In this document: one piece after another, positions 1 to 9,493 of the stretch | Layout of the letters: every line of letters starts with the position of its first letter | How positions within the stretch are numbered: the first letter of the stretch is position 1 | Position numbers and translations under genes: made by a program | The notes under the pieces: generated by a model | Told to the model about the DNA's origin: nothing | What the model saw: only the letters and a program-made list of their open reading frames with translations | The model's database searches: none | DNA from: an uncultured Gemmatimonadales bacterium | GTDB lineage: Bacteria > Gemmatimonadota > Gemmatimonadetes > Gemmatimonadales > GWC2-71-9 | Length of the DNA stretch: 64,000 bases | Reading direction: 5' to 3' | Assembly: GCA_963704805.1 (NCBI GenBank) | Contig: CAVPHS010000001.1 | Coordinates: 1,234,496-1,298,495, forward strand

Positions 1-52
1 CGCTGCGGGAGATTCTGGCCATCGCGGAAGACCGCTTGAAACAGGAGGAAGC

Positions 53-382
53 TTGATGGACGGTATCTCGCGGAGGATGTTCGCGGAGCAGTTGGCCCTC
101 GCGGTAGCGGCCCCGTACTTCGTCGATGAGTCCCCCCTCTCCCGCAGGGAGAGGGGGCCAGGGGGTGAGGTCCAGCAACAACAAGAACCCTCTGCGCTCG
201 CCAAAGCCCTCGCCGAGGGCGTCCGCCTCCGTTACCCCGATCGTTTTTCTGCCGACGACATCGCCACGATCACGCGCGGAATCGACAGCCGGCTGCGGCA
301 GATCGAGCGGCTGTATCAAACGGTGCTCACGAATGCCGACGAGCCCGATTTTGTGTACTCGGTCTATCGTGGGGCGGACTGA
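53..382 (+). CDS. hypothetical small protein (109 aa) containing an in-frame copy of the GC-rich hairpin repeat
   Basis: The ORF stop overlaps the amidase start (TGATG at 380-384). Residues SPLSRRERGPGGEV are encoded by the repeat at 132-170. Confidence 0.4.
   Translation: MMDGISRRMFAEQLALAVAAPYFVDESPLSRRERGPGGEVQQQQEPSALAKALAEGVRLRYPDRFSADDIATITRGIDSRLRQIERLYQTVLTNADEPDFVYSVYRGAD
132..170 (+). repeat. GC-rich hairpin repeat, copy 1 (CCCCCCTCTCCC-GCAG-GGAGAGGGGG-CCA-GGGGGTGAGG)
   Basis: The stem CCCTCTCCC/GGAGAGGG is visible. The same unit occurs at 1126-1162 (inverted), 62372-62410 and 62413-62451. Confidence 0.85.
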
Positions 383-1791
383 TGCCTGACGATTTTGCGT
401 TCGCGCCTGCGGTCGAGTTGGGACGTCTGCTGCGCCACAAGAAAACGTCGGCTACCGAGCTCGCGAATCACTTCCTCGACCGCCTGGAACGTCTCGGCCC
501 TCGCTTCAACGCCGTCGTCACCGTGACCCGCGAGCGCGCACTGGCCGAGGCTGCGCAGGCCGATCGCGAGATTCGTCAGGGGAAGTGGCGCGGACCGCTG
601 CACGGAATCCCCTACGGCGTAAAAGACCTGATCGCGACCAAGGGCTATCCGACCACGTGGGGCGCGGAGCCGTATCGGCTGCAGCGATTCGAAGCGGACG
701 CGACGGTGGTCGAGCGGCTTGGCGCGGCTGGAGCGGTGCTCGTCGCCAAGCTCGCGATGGTCGAATTGGCCGGTGGCATGGGCTACAATCAGGCGAACGC
801 ATCGTTCACAGGGCCGGGCAAGACCCCGTGGAATACGAATTACTGGAGCGGCGGCTCCTCGAGTGGGCCGGGAGCGGCCGTCGCCGCGGGACTCGTGCCT
901 TTCGCCATCGGCTCGGAAACGTCGGGCTCGATTCTCACGCCCGCGGCGTACTGCGGCGTCACCGGGCTGCGCCCGACGTACGGTCTCGTCAGCCGCCATG
1001 GCGCGATGGCGCTCGCGTGGACGATGGACAAGCTGGGACCGATGGCTCGCACCGCCGAGGATTGCGCGAACGTGCTCGCGGTCATCGCCGGGAAAGATCC
1101 GAACGATCCATCGTCGGTGGATCGTCCTCACCCCCTAACCCCCTCTCCCTTCGGGAGAGGGGTGACGAAATGGAGAATTGGGATCCCTAAAGGCGCCGAC
1201 AAGGACATCCAGCCTGAGGTCGCGACAAACTTCCGGGCCGCGCTGAAAGTGCTCGAGGATCAGGTGGAGCTCGTCGAGGATGTCGAGCTGCCCGATCTGC
1301 CCTATGGCGCCGTCGCCGGCATGATCATCGCCGCCGAAGGCGCCAGCGCGTTCGACGACCTGCTGAAAGACGGCCGCCTGTCACAGCTCACCGCGCCCGA
1401 AGACCGCACCGGCGGGTATCCTGCCCTCGCCGTCTCGGCGCCGGACTATCTGCGCGCGCTGCGGGTGCGCCGCCCGATGCAACGCGCCCTCGATGACTTC
1501 CTGAAGAAGTTCGATGCCCTGGCGGTCCCGACGCGGACCACGGTGGCGACCCCGCTCGATAAGCCGTTCCGCGACGGGTGGCCGGGCGTCACCGGCGGTG
1601 CGAATGTGATCGGCCCGACGAACGTCGTCGGCGTCCCCGGTGTATCGGTTCCGAACGGATTCGGGGTCCAAGGTTTACCCACTGGCCTGAGCTTCACGGC
1701 GCGGGCCTTCGATGAGGGGAAGCTCGTGGCACTGGCTAAGGCCTATCAGTCGCGCACCGACTGGCACACGCGCCGGCCGCAAATCGACTAG
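382..1791 (+). CDS. amidase (amidase-signature family, GatA-like)
   Basis: The amidase signature GGSSSGPGAAVAAGLVPFAIGSETSGSILTPAAYCGVTGLRPTYG is present. The ORF is 469 aa. Confidence 0.9.
   Translation: MPDDFAFAPAVELGRLLRHKKTSATELANHFLDRLERLGPRFNAVVTVTRERALAEAAQADREIRQGKWRGPLHGIPYGVKDLIATKGYPTTWGAEPYRLQRFEADATVVERLGAAGAVLVAKLAMVELAGGMGYNQANASFTGPGKTPWNTNYWSGGSSSGPGAAVAAGLVPFAIGSETSGSILTPAAYCGVTGLRPTYGLVSRHGAMALAWTMDKLGPMARTAEDCANVLAVIAGKDPNDPSSVDRPHPLTPSPFGRGVTKWRIGIPKGADKDIQPEVATNFRAALKVLEDQVELVEDVELPDLPYGAVAGMIIAAEGASAFDDLLKDGRLSQLTAPEDRTGGYPALAVSAPDYLRALRVRRPMQRALDDFLKKFDALAVPTRTTVATPLDKPFRDGWPGVTGGANVIGPTNVVGVPGVSVPNGFGVQGLPTGLSFTARAFDEGKLVALAKAYQSRTDWHTRRPQID
1126..1162 (-). repeat. 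GC-rich hairpin repeat, copy 2 (inverted orientation), inside the amidase CDS
   Basis: The reverse complement reads CCCCTCTCCCGAAGGGAGAGGGGGTTAGGGGGTGAGG. It encodes HPLTPSPFGRGV in the amidase frame. Confidence 0.8.
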
Positions 1792-1794
1792 CGA

Positions 1795-2310
1795 ATGTTC
1801 GCACTCATCAAGCTGATCCAGTCGCTGTTCGGCGCCCTGCACTCCGAGGGCACGCCGGGACAGTTCGCCGCGGGAATCGTGCTGGGTTCGTTCCTTGGCC
1901 TCACGCCGCTGATCAACCTTCATAACGCGGTGATCTTCGGGGCGCTGATGCTGCTCAACGTCTCGTTTGCGGGCGGGATGCTCGGATGGGCGCTGTTCAT
2001 CCCCTTCGGTTTCCTGCTCGACCCGCTGTTCGACTGGATCGGCCACAGCCTGCTGGTCGCGCCGGGGCTGCGGCCGTTGTGGACGTCGCTCTACAACATG
2101 CCGATCGTGCCGCTCACCAACTTCAACAACACCGTGGTCCTCGGCAGCGTCGTCTTCGCGGCGCTCTTCGCCATCCCATTCTTCTTCGCAACGCGCTGGG
2201 CCGTCAGGCGCTATCGCGCCACCGTCGGAGAGCGCGTGCGTCAGTCGCGCTTTTATCGCGCGGTCATGGCGTCCAAGGCCTACAACGTCTACAAGATGTT
2301 CCGTCCATGA
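1795..2310 (+). CDS. TIGR03546-like small membrane protein (DUF2062-like)
   Basis: The N-terminus is MFALIKLIQSLFGALHSEGTPGQFAAG and the protein contains FNNTVVLGS. It is paired with, and overlaps by ATGA, the next gene. Family name recalled from memory. Confidence 0.65.
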   Translation: MFALIKLIQSLFGALHSEGTPGQFAAGIVLGSFLGLTPLINLHNAVIFGALMLLNVSFAGGMLGWALFIPFGFLLDPLFDWIGHSLLVAPGLRPLWTSLYNMPIVPLTNFNNTVVLGSVVFAALFAIPFFFATRWAVRRYRATVGERVRQSRFYRAVMASKAYNVYKMFRP

Positions 2311-4094
2311 GCGCGCCCGCCGCGGCCCCCAGATTGAAGATCTTTCGCTGGCGCGCGATCGGGCCGCTGCTGGTGCTCTTCGTGATCGGTGTGATCCTGT
2401 GGCTCATCTTTGCCGATACAATCGCGCGGCACGAGACGCAAAAGGTCGGCACGCAGGTGCTCGGCGCGAAGGTCGAGATCAACGATCTCCATCTGGATTT
2501 GCCCCACGGCAAGGTGATGATCCGCGGCCTGACCGTCGCGAGCCCCCACGAGGCGCTCCGCAATCTCCTGCAGGCCGACGAGCTGGTCGCGGACCTCGAC
2601 GTGGTGCCGCTCACCGAAAAGAAGATCATCATCAACCGCCTCGCCGCGAACGGCCTCCGCTTCGGCACGCCGCGGGAGACGGACGGTCGTGTGGCCACGA
2701 AATCGGGGGAGGGGATCGCGGGCCAGGTGCTCGCCGAGACGCGGGAGTGGGCGAGTCAATTCCAGTTTCCCGCACTGCAGCTCGCCACCGGCAAGATCAA
2801 CATCGATTCACTCGATCCACGCCGGCTCTCGACCATTCCAGCCGCCGAGGCGCTCGGCGCGCAGGCCGACTCGAGCCAACGTGCCTGGAAGGCGGCGTTC
2901 GATACGCTGCGCATCGGCCCGACGCTCGATTCGGCCAGCGCCACGCTCGAGAAGCTGCGGCATGCGCGCGCCACCGACCTCGCGACGATCAACGAAGCGC
3001 GGCAAGCCATCGAGCGCCTGAAACGCGCGGAGCAACGCGTCACGACGCTCGAACGTGGCGTCAAGTCGGGCGTCGCCAGGCTCCAGGCAGGCCTGGTCGG
3101 GCTGGACAGCGCAAAGCAGCGCGACTACGCGTTCGCGCGCAGCCTGCTGCATCTGCCGAGTCTCGACGCACCCAACGTGGGGGCGGCTCTGTTCGGTGCG
3201 GGCGCAGTCAAGCCGTTCGAGCGCGTACTGTACTGGGCGCAGCTCGCGCGCCGGTATATGCCTCCCGGTCTCTTGCCGAGAGCGACGACGGGGCCGGCGC
3301 GGGTGCGCCGCGCCGGTGAGGACGTGCGCTTCCCCAAGGAGCGCGCTTTGCCCGCGTTCCTCCTCCGCACTGCCGAGCTGTCGTTCGTCCTGAAGCCGAC
3401 GTCGGATCAGCCGCAGCGGTACGCGGGCAGCCTGACGGGTTTGACGAGCGACCCGGCGCTCTACGGGCGGCCGACGCTGGCGAGTGCCACGGGGCCGCAG
3501 TTCAGCGCGGGCGCGATGATGAACCATGTGCGCTCGGTCCCCCTGGACACCGCGGGCGCGATCGTCGGTGGCATTCCCCTGCCGGCGCTCGACGTGCCGG
3601 GCGTGGGGTTGCGGATCGATCCGGGCGCCGGTAGCACCCAGCTGGGCTTCCGTCTCAACGGTGACACGATTCACGCGCGCTTTGCGCTGCGTTCGTTGAA
3701 TGCTCGCTGGGCGCGCGACTCCGGTCTCACCAATTCGACGATGGGCAGCCTGATCTGGCAGGTCGTGTCCGGCATCTCGAACCTCGATCTCGAAGCGCGC
3801 GTCTCGGGTGCGCTTCACAATCCGACGCTCGCCGTCCGTTCCAATCTCGACCAGGCCATCGCGTCGCGAGTCCGGGCCGTGCTCGGTGATCAAATCGCCG
3901 CGGCGGAGAAGCAGGTGCGTGCGCGTGTCGACTCGCTCGTCAACGACAAGGTCACGCCCGTGCGTGCGCATGTGAACGAGCTGCAGGCGCAGGCGCAGAC
4001 ACAGATTGCGCAGCAACGCGCCCGCATCGGCGAGCTGCAGAAGCAGCTCGAGCAGCAGCTTCGAAGCCTCACGCGCGGCATTCGCCTGCCGTGA
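2307..4094 (+). CDS. TIGR03545-like protein (conserved partner of TIGR03546)
   Basis: The start at 2307 (MSAPAAAPRLKIFRWRAIGPLLVLF, N-terminal TM) overlaps the upstream stop. The tracked ORF beginning at 1986 is an over-extension. Confidence 0.6.
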   Translation: MSAPAAAPRLKIFRWRAIGPLLVLFVIGVILWLIFADTIARHETQKVGTQVLGAKVEINDLHLDLPHGKVMIRGLTVASPHEALRNLLQADELVADLDVVPLTEKKIIINRLAANGLRFGTPRETDGRVATKSGEGIAGQVLAETREWASQFQFPALQLATGKINIDSLDPRRLSTIPAAEALGAQADSSQRAWKAAFDTLRIGPTLDSASATLEKLRHARATDLATINEARQAIERLKRAEQRVTTLERGVKSGVARLQAGLVGLDSAKQRDYAFARSLLHLPSLDAPNVGAALFGAGAVKPFERVLYWAQLARRYMPPGLLPRATTGPARVRRAGEDVRFPKERALPAFLLRTAELSFVLKPTSDQPQRYAGSLTGLTSDPALYGRPTLASATGPQFSAGAMMNHVRSVPLDTAGAIVGGIPLPALDVPGVGLRIDPGAGSTQLGFRLNGDTIHARFALRSLNARWARDSGLTNSTMGSLIWQVVSGISNLDLEARVSGALHNPTLAVRSNLDQAIASRVRAVLGDQIAAAEKQVRARVDSLVNDKVTPVRAHVNELQAQAQTQIAQQRARIGELQKQLEQQLRSLTRGIRLP

Positions 4095-4139
4095 GCGAAC
4101 GACTTCAAACGCTGCAGCCCCCAACGGCATCTTAAGTCT

Positions 4140-4664
4140 GTGCCGAGTCCGGACGATCTCGTCGCCCGAGCGCAGGCTGGCGACCAGACGGCCTTCCGGG
4201 AGCTGTACCGCCAGCACGTGGGGCGGGTCTACGCGCTCTGCCTGCGCCTCACCGGCAACGCCGGCGACGCCGAGGAACGAACCCAGGATGTGTTCGTGCG
4301 ACTGTGGGACAAGGTCCGCAGCTTTCGGGGTGAAAGCGCGTTCTCTTCCTGGCTGCATCGCCTGGCCGTCAATGTGGTGTTGAACGAGCGTCGCACGACG
4401 TATCGCCGGGAGCAGCGCGTCGCCCTGGCGGAGGACCCGGCGGTGCTCGAGAAGAGCAACAGGACATCGACTGAGGGTTTGAGCATCGATCTCGAGCGGG
4501 CGATTGCCGAGCTGCCGGACGGAGCGCGCGAGGTGTTCGTGCTGTTCGACATCGAGGGCTACGCACACGCCGAGATCGCGCAGCTCGTGGGAATTGCCGA
4601 AGGAACGTCGAAGGCGCAATTGTTTCGGGCACGGCAGCTATTACGGGAGAAGCTGGACGCATGA
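4140..4664 (+). CDS. ECF-type RNA polymerase sigma-70 family factor
   Basis: Region 2 (FRELYRQHVGRVYALCLRLTGNAGDAEERTQDVFVRLW) and region 4 (ELPDGAREVFVLFDIEGYAHAEIAQLVGIAEGTSKAQLFRAR) are both recognisable. Confidence 0.9.
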   Translation: MPSPDDLVARAQAGDQTAFRELYRQHVGRVYALCLRLTGNAGDAEERTQDVFVRLWDKVRSFRGESAFSSWLHRLAVNVVLNERRTTYRREQRVALAEDPAVLEKSNRTSTEGLSIDLERAIAELPDGAREVFVLFDIEGYAHAEIAQLVGIAEGTSKAQLFRARQLLREKLDA

Positions 4665-5596
4665 ACGAGCAGGAGCTGGAACGGGCGGTCAGCCGACTGC
4701 CCAAGAGTATCGAACCACGGCGCGATCTCTGGCCCGGCATTGCGGCGCGGCTGGGGAGAAGGCGGGTCTGGTACTGGCTCCCGCTCGCGGCGGCCGCGGT
4801 GCTCGCCATCGTGCTGATCGGCCGGTCGATGGAGACGCAGGCGGCGTGGGACGTGACGATGCTCGCGGGGCGGCCGCTGCTGGGCAGCAATCCACTTACC
4901 GCGTCCGGTCGCCTGCGTGTCGGGGACTGGTTGCAGACGGACGATTCCTCGCGTGCGCTGGTCGCCGTCGGCCATATCGGTCGGGTCGAGGTGAAGCCCG
5001 GCACGCGACTGCAGCTCGTGGCTGCGCGCCCCACCGATCACCGCCTTGCACTCGCACGCGGCGCGATCGAGGCCACGGTGGATGCCGTGCCGCGTCTCTT
5101 CTTCGTGGAGACTCCCGCGGGGACTGCCATCGATCTCGGCTGCGCCTACACGCTCGAGACCGACTCCCTCGGCACCGGCCGGCTCCACGTCACGAAGGGT
5201 GAGGTGGAGTTCGCAACGGGGTCACGGTCCTCCCGCGTACTGCTCGGCGCCATCATTGGGACACGGCCGACCATCGGTCCCGGCATTCCCTACGTCGAGG
5301 ATGCGCCGGCGCCACTGGTGCGGGCGCTGACGGCATTCGACTTCGAGAAGGGCGGGGCGCGTGCCGCGCGCAACGTGCTGGCGCTCGCCCGGCCGCAGGA
5401 TGCGATGTCGCTCTGGCACTTACTGCAACGCGTCGATCCCACGCTGCGCGCGACGGTCTATGATCGCCTGGCGGCGCTGTTGCCGCCCCCCCCCCTCCAG
5501 GAGTCACGCGCTCGGGCGCGATCGCGCTCGATTCGCGCGCCCTCGAGGCCTACTGGACCAAGATCCATCGCATCCATTTCCGGCGCATGGTCCTGA
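4661..5596 (+). CDS. anti-sigma factor, FecR-domain-like
   Basis: It overlaps the sigma gene by ATGA. It has a single TM helix after about 30 aa and FecR-like beta-rich segments (GTRLQLVAA..., HVTKGEVEF). Confidence 0.6.
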   Translation: MNEQELERAVSRLPKSIEPRRDLWPGIAARLGRRRVWYWLPLAAAAVLAIVLIGRSMETQAAWDVTMLAGRPLLGSNPLTASGRLRVGDWLQTDDSSRALVAVGHIGRVEVKPGTRLQLVAARPTDHRLALARGAIEATVDAVPRLFFVETPAGTAIDLGCAYTLETDSLGTGRLHVTKGEVEFATGSRSSRVLLGAIIGTRPTIGPGIPYVEDAPAPLVRALTAFDFEKGGARAARNVLALARPQDAMSLWHLLQRVDPTLRATVYDRLAALLPPPPLQESRARARSRSIRAPSRPTGPRSIASISGAWS

Positions 5597-5727
5597 AGGG
5601 CGTGCGCGACATCGATCCGCGGACGGGGACCACGGCTCGGTGACCCGGAGCTTGACGGGCGCTTGACGGGCGTCGGGAATGCTGGTACGTCGAAGTCAAC
5701 GTACCGCACGTCAACCCGGAGCCCGTT

Positions 5728-6843
5728 ATGCGTCATGCATTGGCCTGTTTACTCCTCGCGCTCGCCGCCGCCTGCAACGACTACCCCTTCGAACCCCCCG
5801 AGGGCTCGTTCGCGCCGATAACCGAACACCGCGTGAGCTCGGATCGGGAATCAGGGATCCGCGTCATGACCCAGAACCTCTACGTCGGTGCGGACGTCGA
5901 TCTCGTAATTCAGGCGCTCGGGACGCCGGATCCCGCCGATGACTTCCCCGCGCTCCTGTTTGCGATCGAAACTGTGAACAAGACCGATTTTCCCGCGCGC
6001 GCCGAGGCGATTGCCGACAAGATCGCGCGCTCCCGGCCACACGCGGTTGGCCTCCAGGAGGTCTCGGAGATCAACATCGATCTCCGGCCACTGGGCGTGA
6101 ATGCGGTCGTGGACCAGAATTTCCTCGAGCTGTTGCAGAGCGCGCTTGCGGCCCGCGGTCTGCATTACCAGGTCGCCGCGATGTCCGACAACATCAACGT
6201 GTCCCTCGTGTCGGGGCTCGTCCGGTTGCGGGACCACGACGCGCTCCTGGTCGACGCCGATCGCGTGAGCGTCGAGGCCGCGAGCGGCCAGAACTTCGCG
6301 GTCAATCTGGGCCAGGTGGCCGATGGCGTGGTGTTGATTCGCGGCTGGGTTTACGCGCGCACGACGATTGGCCGCCAAGCCGTCACGTTTGCGAGCGCGC
6401 ACACCGAAGCAAACCTGGCAGGTGCGCCTCCCGGGATGCTGGAGCAGATTCGCGCGGCGCAGGTGGGCGAGATAGTCGCCACGCTCGCCTCGAGCGAGCG
6501 TGTGATCTTGCTGGGCGATCTGAACGACACGCCGGGGTCGCCGATGTACACCGTCTTGACGAACTCGGGGTATACCGACGCATGGCGCGCGCTGCGGCCG
6601 GGCGCCGCAGGACTCACCTGTTGCCATCCGGCCGATCTTTCAGATCGGGTCGCCCACTTCGACCAGCGCATCGACTACATCTGGACGCGCGGCTTCAGCC
6701 GAGACCACGGCAAGGTGAAGGGCGTGGTGGACCGGTTCGGCGACGTACCGGCCGACCGGGTGGCCGGGCCGGAGTATCCGATTTGGCCGTCAGATCACGC
6801 GGGATTACTCGCGGCCTTGAAGTCGTTCGACACCTGGTTCTAA
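5728..6843 (+). CDS. endonuclease/exonuclease/phosphatase (EEP) family lipoprotein
   Basis: A lipobox (LALAAAC) is present, and the C-terminal WPSDHAGL is typical of EEP enzymes. Confidence 0.8.
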   Translation: MRHALACLLLALAAACNDYPFEPPEGSFAPITEHRVSSDRESGIRVMTQNLYVGADVDLVIQALGTPDPADDFPALLFAIETVNKTDFPARAEAIADKIARSRPHAVGLQEVSEINIDLRPLGVNAVVDQNFLELLQSALAARGLHYQVAAMSDNINVSLVSGLVRLRDHDALLVDADRVSVEAASGQNFAVNLGQVADGVVLIRGWVYARTTIGRQAVTFASAHTEANLAGAPPGMLEQIRAAQVGEIVATLASSERVILLGDLNDTPGSPMYTVLTNSGYTDAWRALRPGAAGLTCCHPADLSDRVAHFDQRIDYIWTRGFSRDHGKVKGVVDRFGDVPADRVAGPEYPIWPSDHAGLLAALKSFDTWF

Positions 6844-8969
6844 CTCACTTTTCCAACCGGCAGCTTTCGGATCCGTTTGCCGGTCGCCGCAAAGATCGCG
6901 TTGCACACCGCCGGCGCGATGGGTGGGACGGACGGTTCACCGATCCCCCCCAACGCGTCGGTGCTGGGCACGATGTGGACCTCCACCACCGGCATATCCC
7001 CAATCCGGGGCAACGGGTAATCGTGGAAGTTGCCCTGCTGGACCCGGCCCTGGTCGATCGTGATCTCGCCGTACAGCGCGGCCGATAACCCGTATACCAC
7101 GCCGCCCTGCAGCTGTGCCTCGATCGTGTAGGGATTGACGACGGGGCCGCAGTCGACGGCGCACACCACGCGATGCACCCGCACCGACCCGTCCGGCGCA
7201 ACCGACACCTCGGCAACCTCGGCGCACGTCGTCGGCTCCCACTCGGCGATCGCAATGCCCCGGCCGCGTCCCGGCGGCAGCGGCGTCCCCCAGCCCGCTT
7301 TGGTCGCGGCGAGCTCCAGGGTACGAAGATGACGCGGCTTGGCCTGCAGCAGCTCCCGCCGGAACTCATAGGGATCGCGGCCGGCCAGCACCGCGAGCTC
7401 ATCTACGAACGATTCGACGACGAACGCATTTTGTGATGCACCGACCGAGCGCCAGAATCCCAGCGGGATCCCGGACAGGTCTGCCGCGACTTGATCCACG
7501 GAGACGTTGGGGAACGCGTACGGTAGGTCAGCGGCGGCGCCGTCGATCGACGTCCTATCGATACCGTCTTGTAGCGGGCCGAACTTGAGGAGAATCGGCG
7601 GCGCCACGATGTGATGCGTCCACGCGATCGGCTTATTCTGAGCGTCGAGTCCCGCGGTCAGATGGTTGTAAGTCGCCGGCCGATAGAAGCCGTGCTTCGT
7701 GTCGTCCTCGCGCGACCAGATGACTTTGACCGGCGCGTTCACCGCTTTCGACAGGCGTACCGCTTCGAACACAAAGTCAGACTCGAGTCGCCGTCCAAAG
7801 CCGCCCCCCAGCAGAGTGGTATGGATGCGGACTTTCTCCTTGGGTAGTCCCGCAGCTTCCGCGGCGACCTCCTGGGCGCGGCTCTGGTTCTGTGTCGGGG
7901 CCCACACGTCGCAGCCATCCGCCCGCACATGCGCGGTGCAGTTCATCGGCTCCATCGTCGCGTGATGCTGGAACGGGACTGTGTAGACCGCGTCGATCTT
8001 CTTCGCGGCACCGGCGAGCGCTGCGGCCGCGTCACCATCTTTGCGCGCGCTGACACCTGCTTGTGTCGCGAGTGCCGCCAGCTTCCCGGGGATGTCGCCG
8101 AGCGTGGCGTTGGGTCCTTCGTCCCACGTGATCTGCAGCGCGTCACGGCCTGTGACAGCCTGCCAGTAGGTGTCGGCGACGACGGCGACGCCACTCTCGC
8201 TGCCAATCCCCCACGCCCCGCCGGTTCCCAGCCACGGCGTGCCGTCGAGCTGCACGACGTGCCGTACGCCCGGCGTCGTCTTGGCGCGCGCGGCGTCGAA
8301 GCTCTTTACCTTGCCGCCGAACACCGGTGAGCGCTCGATACTCGCGACGAGCATGCCCGGCACACGGACGTCGATGCCGAATTGCGCGGTCCCGTTCACC
8401 TTGGACGGAGTGTCCAGCCTCTGCGTGCGGTGGCCGATGAGCCGGAAGTCTTTCGGATCTTTGAGCGGCGGATTCTCGGGAACTGCAACCGTTGCCGCTT
8501 TCGCTGCGAGCTTGCCAAACTCGAGCCGATGGCTGGCGTGCGTCACCACCCCGTTCTCGGTGCGACATGCGCTCGGCTCGACGCCCCACGTTTGCGCCGC
8601 GGCGGTGACGAGCATCGCGCGCGCGCTCGCGCCGGCCTTGCGCAAAATGTCCCACGACGTGCGCACGCTCGTGCTGCCGCCAGTCGACATCCGGCGCGAC
8701 CAAGCCGCCGGATTGTCCGGCAGCGGTCCAACCTTCACCTTCGACCAATCGGCGTCGAGCTCCTCGGCGACGATCATCGCGAGGGCCGTGTGATTGCCCT
8801 CGCCCATTTCAGACTTGTCGATGGTCACCGTAACGGCGCCCGTCGGATCGATCTGGAGCCAGGCGTTCGGCGCAAACGGGACGATGCCACGACGATCGGG
8901 AATTCTGAAACCGATCACCAATCCGGCACTGACGGTGCCGGTGACCTGGAGAAAGGCGCGCCGTTCCAT
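6840..8969 (-). CDS. molybdopterin-binding oxidoreductase large subunit (xanthine dehydrogenase family, IorB-like)
   Basis: The Tat-type N-terminus [21 protein letters not shown] starts at 8969 and overlaps the stop of the 2Fe-2S subunit by ATGA. The tracked ORF extending to 9158 is an over-extension. Confidence 0.85.
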   Translation of the reverse strand: MERRAFLQVTGTVSAGLVIGFRIPDRRGIVPFAPNAWLQIDPTGAVTVTIDKSEMGEGNHTALAMIVAEELDADWSKVKVGPLPDNPAAWSRRMSTGGSTSVRTSWDILRKAGASARAMLVTAAAQTWGVEPSACRTENGVVTHASHRLEFGKLAAKAATVAVPENPPLKDPKDFRLIGHRTQRLDTPSKVNGTAQFGIDVRVPGMLVASIERSPVFGGKVKSFDAARAKTTPGVRHVVQLDGTPWLGTGGAWGIGSESGVAVVADTYWQAVTGRDALQITWDEGPNATLGDIPGKLAALATQAGVSARKDGDAAAALAGAAKKIDAVYTVPFQHHATMEPMNCTAHVRADGCDVWAPTQNQSRAQEVAAEAAGLPKEKVRIHTTLLGGGFGRRLESDFVFEAVRLSKAVNAPVKVIWSREDDTKHGFYRPATYNHLTAGLDAQNKPIAWTHHIVAPPILLKFGPLQDGIDRTSIDGAAADLPYAFPNVSVDQVAADLSGIPLGFWRSVGASQNAFVVESFVDELAVLAGRDPYEFRRELLQAKPRHLRTLELAATKAGWGTPLPPGRGRGIAIAEWEPTTCAEVAEVSVAPDGSVRVHRVVCAVDCGPVVNPYTIEAQLQGGVVYGLSAALYGEITIDQGRVQQGNFHDYPLPRIGDMPVVEVHIVPSTDALGGIGEPSVPPIAPAVCNAIFAATGKRIRKLPVGKVS

Positions 8970-9424
8970 CAGGCCTCCTTCGCCGCGCGATGAATCGCGG
9001 CCCGGATGCGCTGGTAGGTCCCGCAGCGGCAGATGTTCGTCATCGCGCCATCGATCTCGGCGTCGGTCGGCTGCGGGGCGTGGCCCAGCAGCGCGGCGGC
9101 GGCCATGATCTGTCCCGGCTGGCAGTAGCCGCATTGCGGCACGTCCTCGGCGATCCACGCTTTCTGTACGCGATGCGTTGCGGTCGGACTGAGACCCTCG
9201 ATTGTCGTAATCGGCATGCTACCGACCGCGGCGACCGGCAGCAGGCAGGAGCGAATCGCCTGGCCGCCGACGTGCACCGTGCAGGCACCGCACTGGGCGA
9301 TGCCGCATCCGAACTTTGTGCCGGTCAGGCCAAGGTTATCGCGGAGCACCCACAAGAGCGGCGTGTTGGCCGCTACGTCGACGGTGCGGCTTTGGCCATT
9401 CACGAGGAGCGAGTAGGGCGGCAT
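8969..9424 (-). CDS. (2Fe-2S)-binding small subunit (IorA-like)
   Basis: The cluster motifs [12 protein letters not shown] and CGYCQPG ... CRCGTY are present. Confidence 0.9.
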   Translation of the reverse strand: MPPYSLLVNGQSRTVDVAANTPLLWVLRDNLGLTGTKFGCGIAQCGACTVHVGGQAIRSCLLPVAAVGSMPITTIEGLSPTATHRVQKAWIAEDVPQCGYCQPGQIMAAAALLGHAPQPTDAEIDGAMTNICRCGTYQRIRAAIHRAAKEA

Positions 9425-9493
9425 GAGGCGCCTCGGTTGGAGAGTAGCTCAAACGTGGCGAGGAAACCGGGAAGGCGCTAGTTAGAGTCCCCC

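Noticed and set aside
2808-4619. 603-aa minus-strand ORF. Similar long antisense ORFs occur at 20618-21904, 27249-28913, 28525-29469, 36363-38630, 45398-47206 and 9683-10525.
   Set aside because: These are shadow ORFs typical of high-GC DNA. They are Arg/Pro/Gly/Ala-rich with no recognisable motifs. Each lies opposite a gene with clear family signatures.
6840-9158. N-terminal extensions of tracked ORFs (6840-9158, 9736-12393, 1986-4094, 18566-19948, 16697-17740, 17605-18267, 39037-42102).
   Set aside because: Internal starts give signal or Tat peptides, RBSs, or ATGA/GTGA coupling to the upstream gene. The extensions overlap neighbouring genes and are low-complexity.
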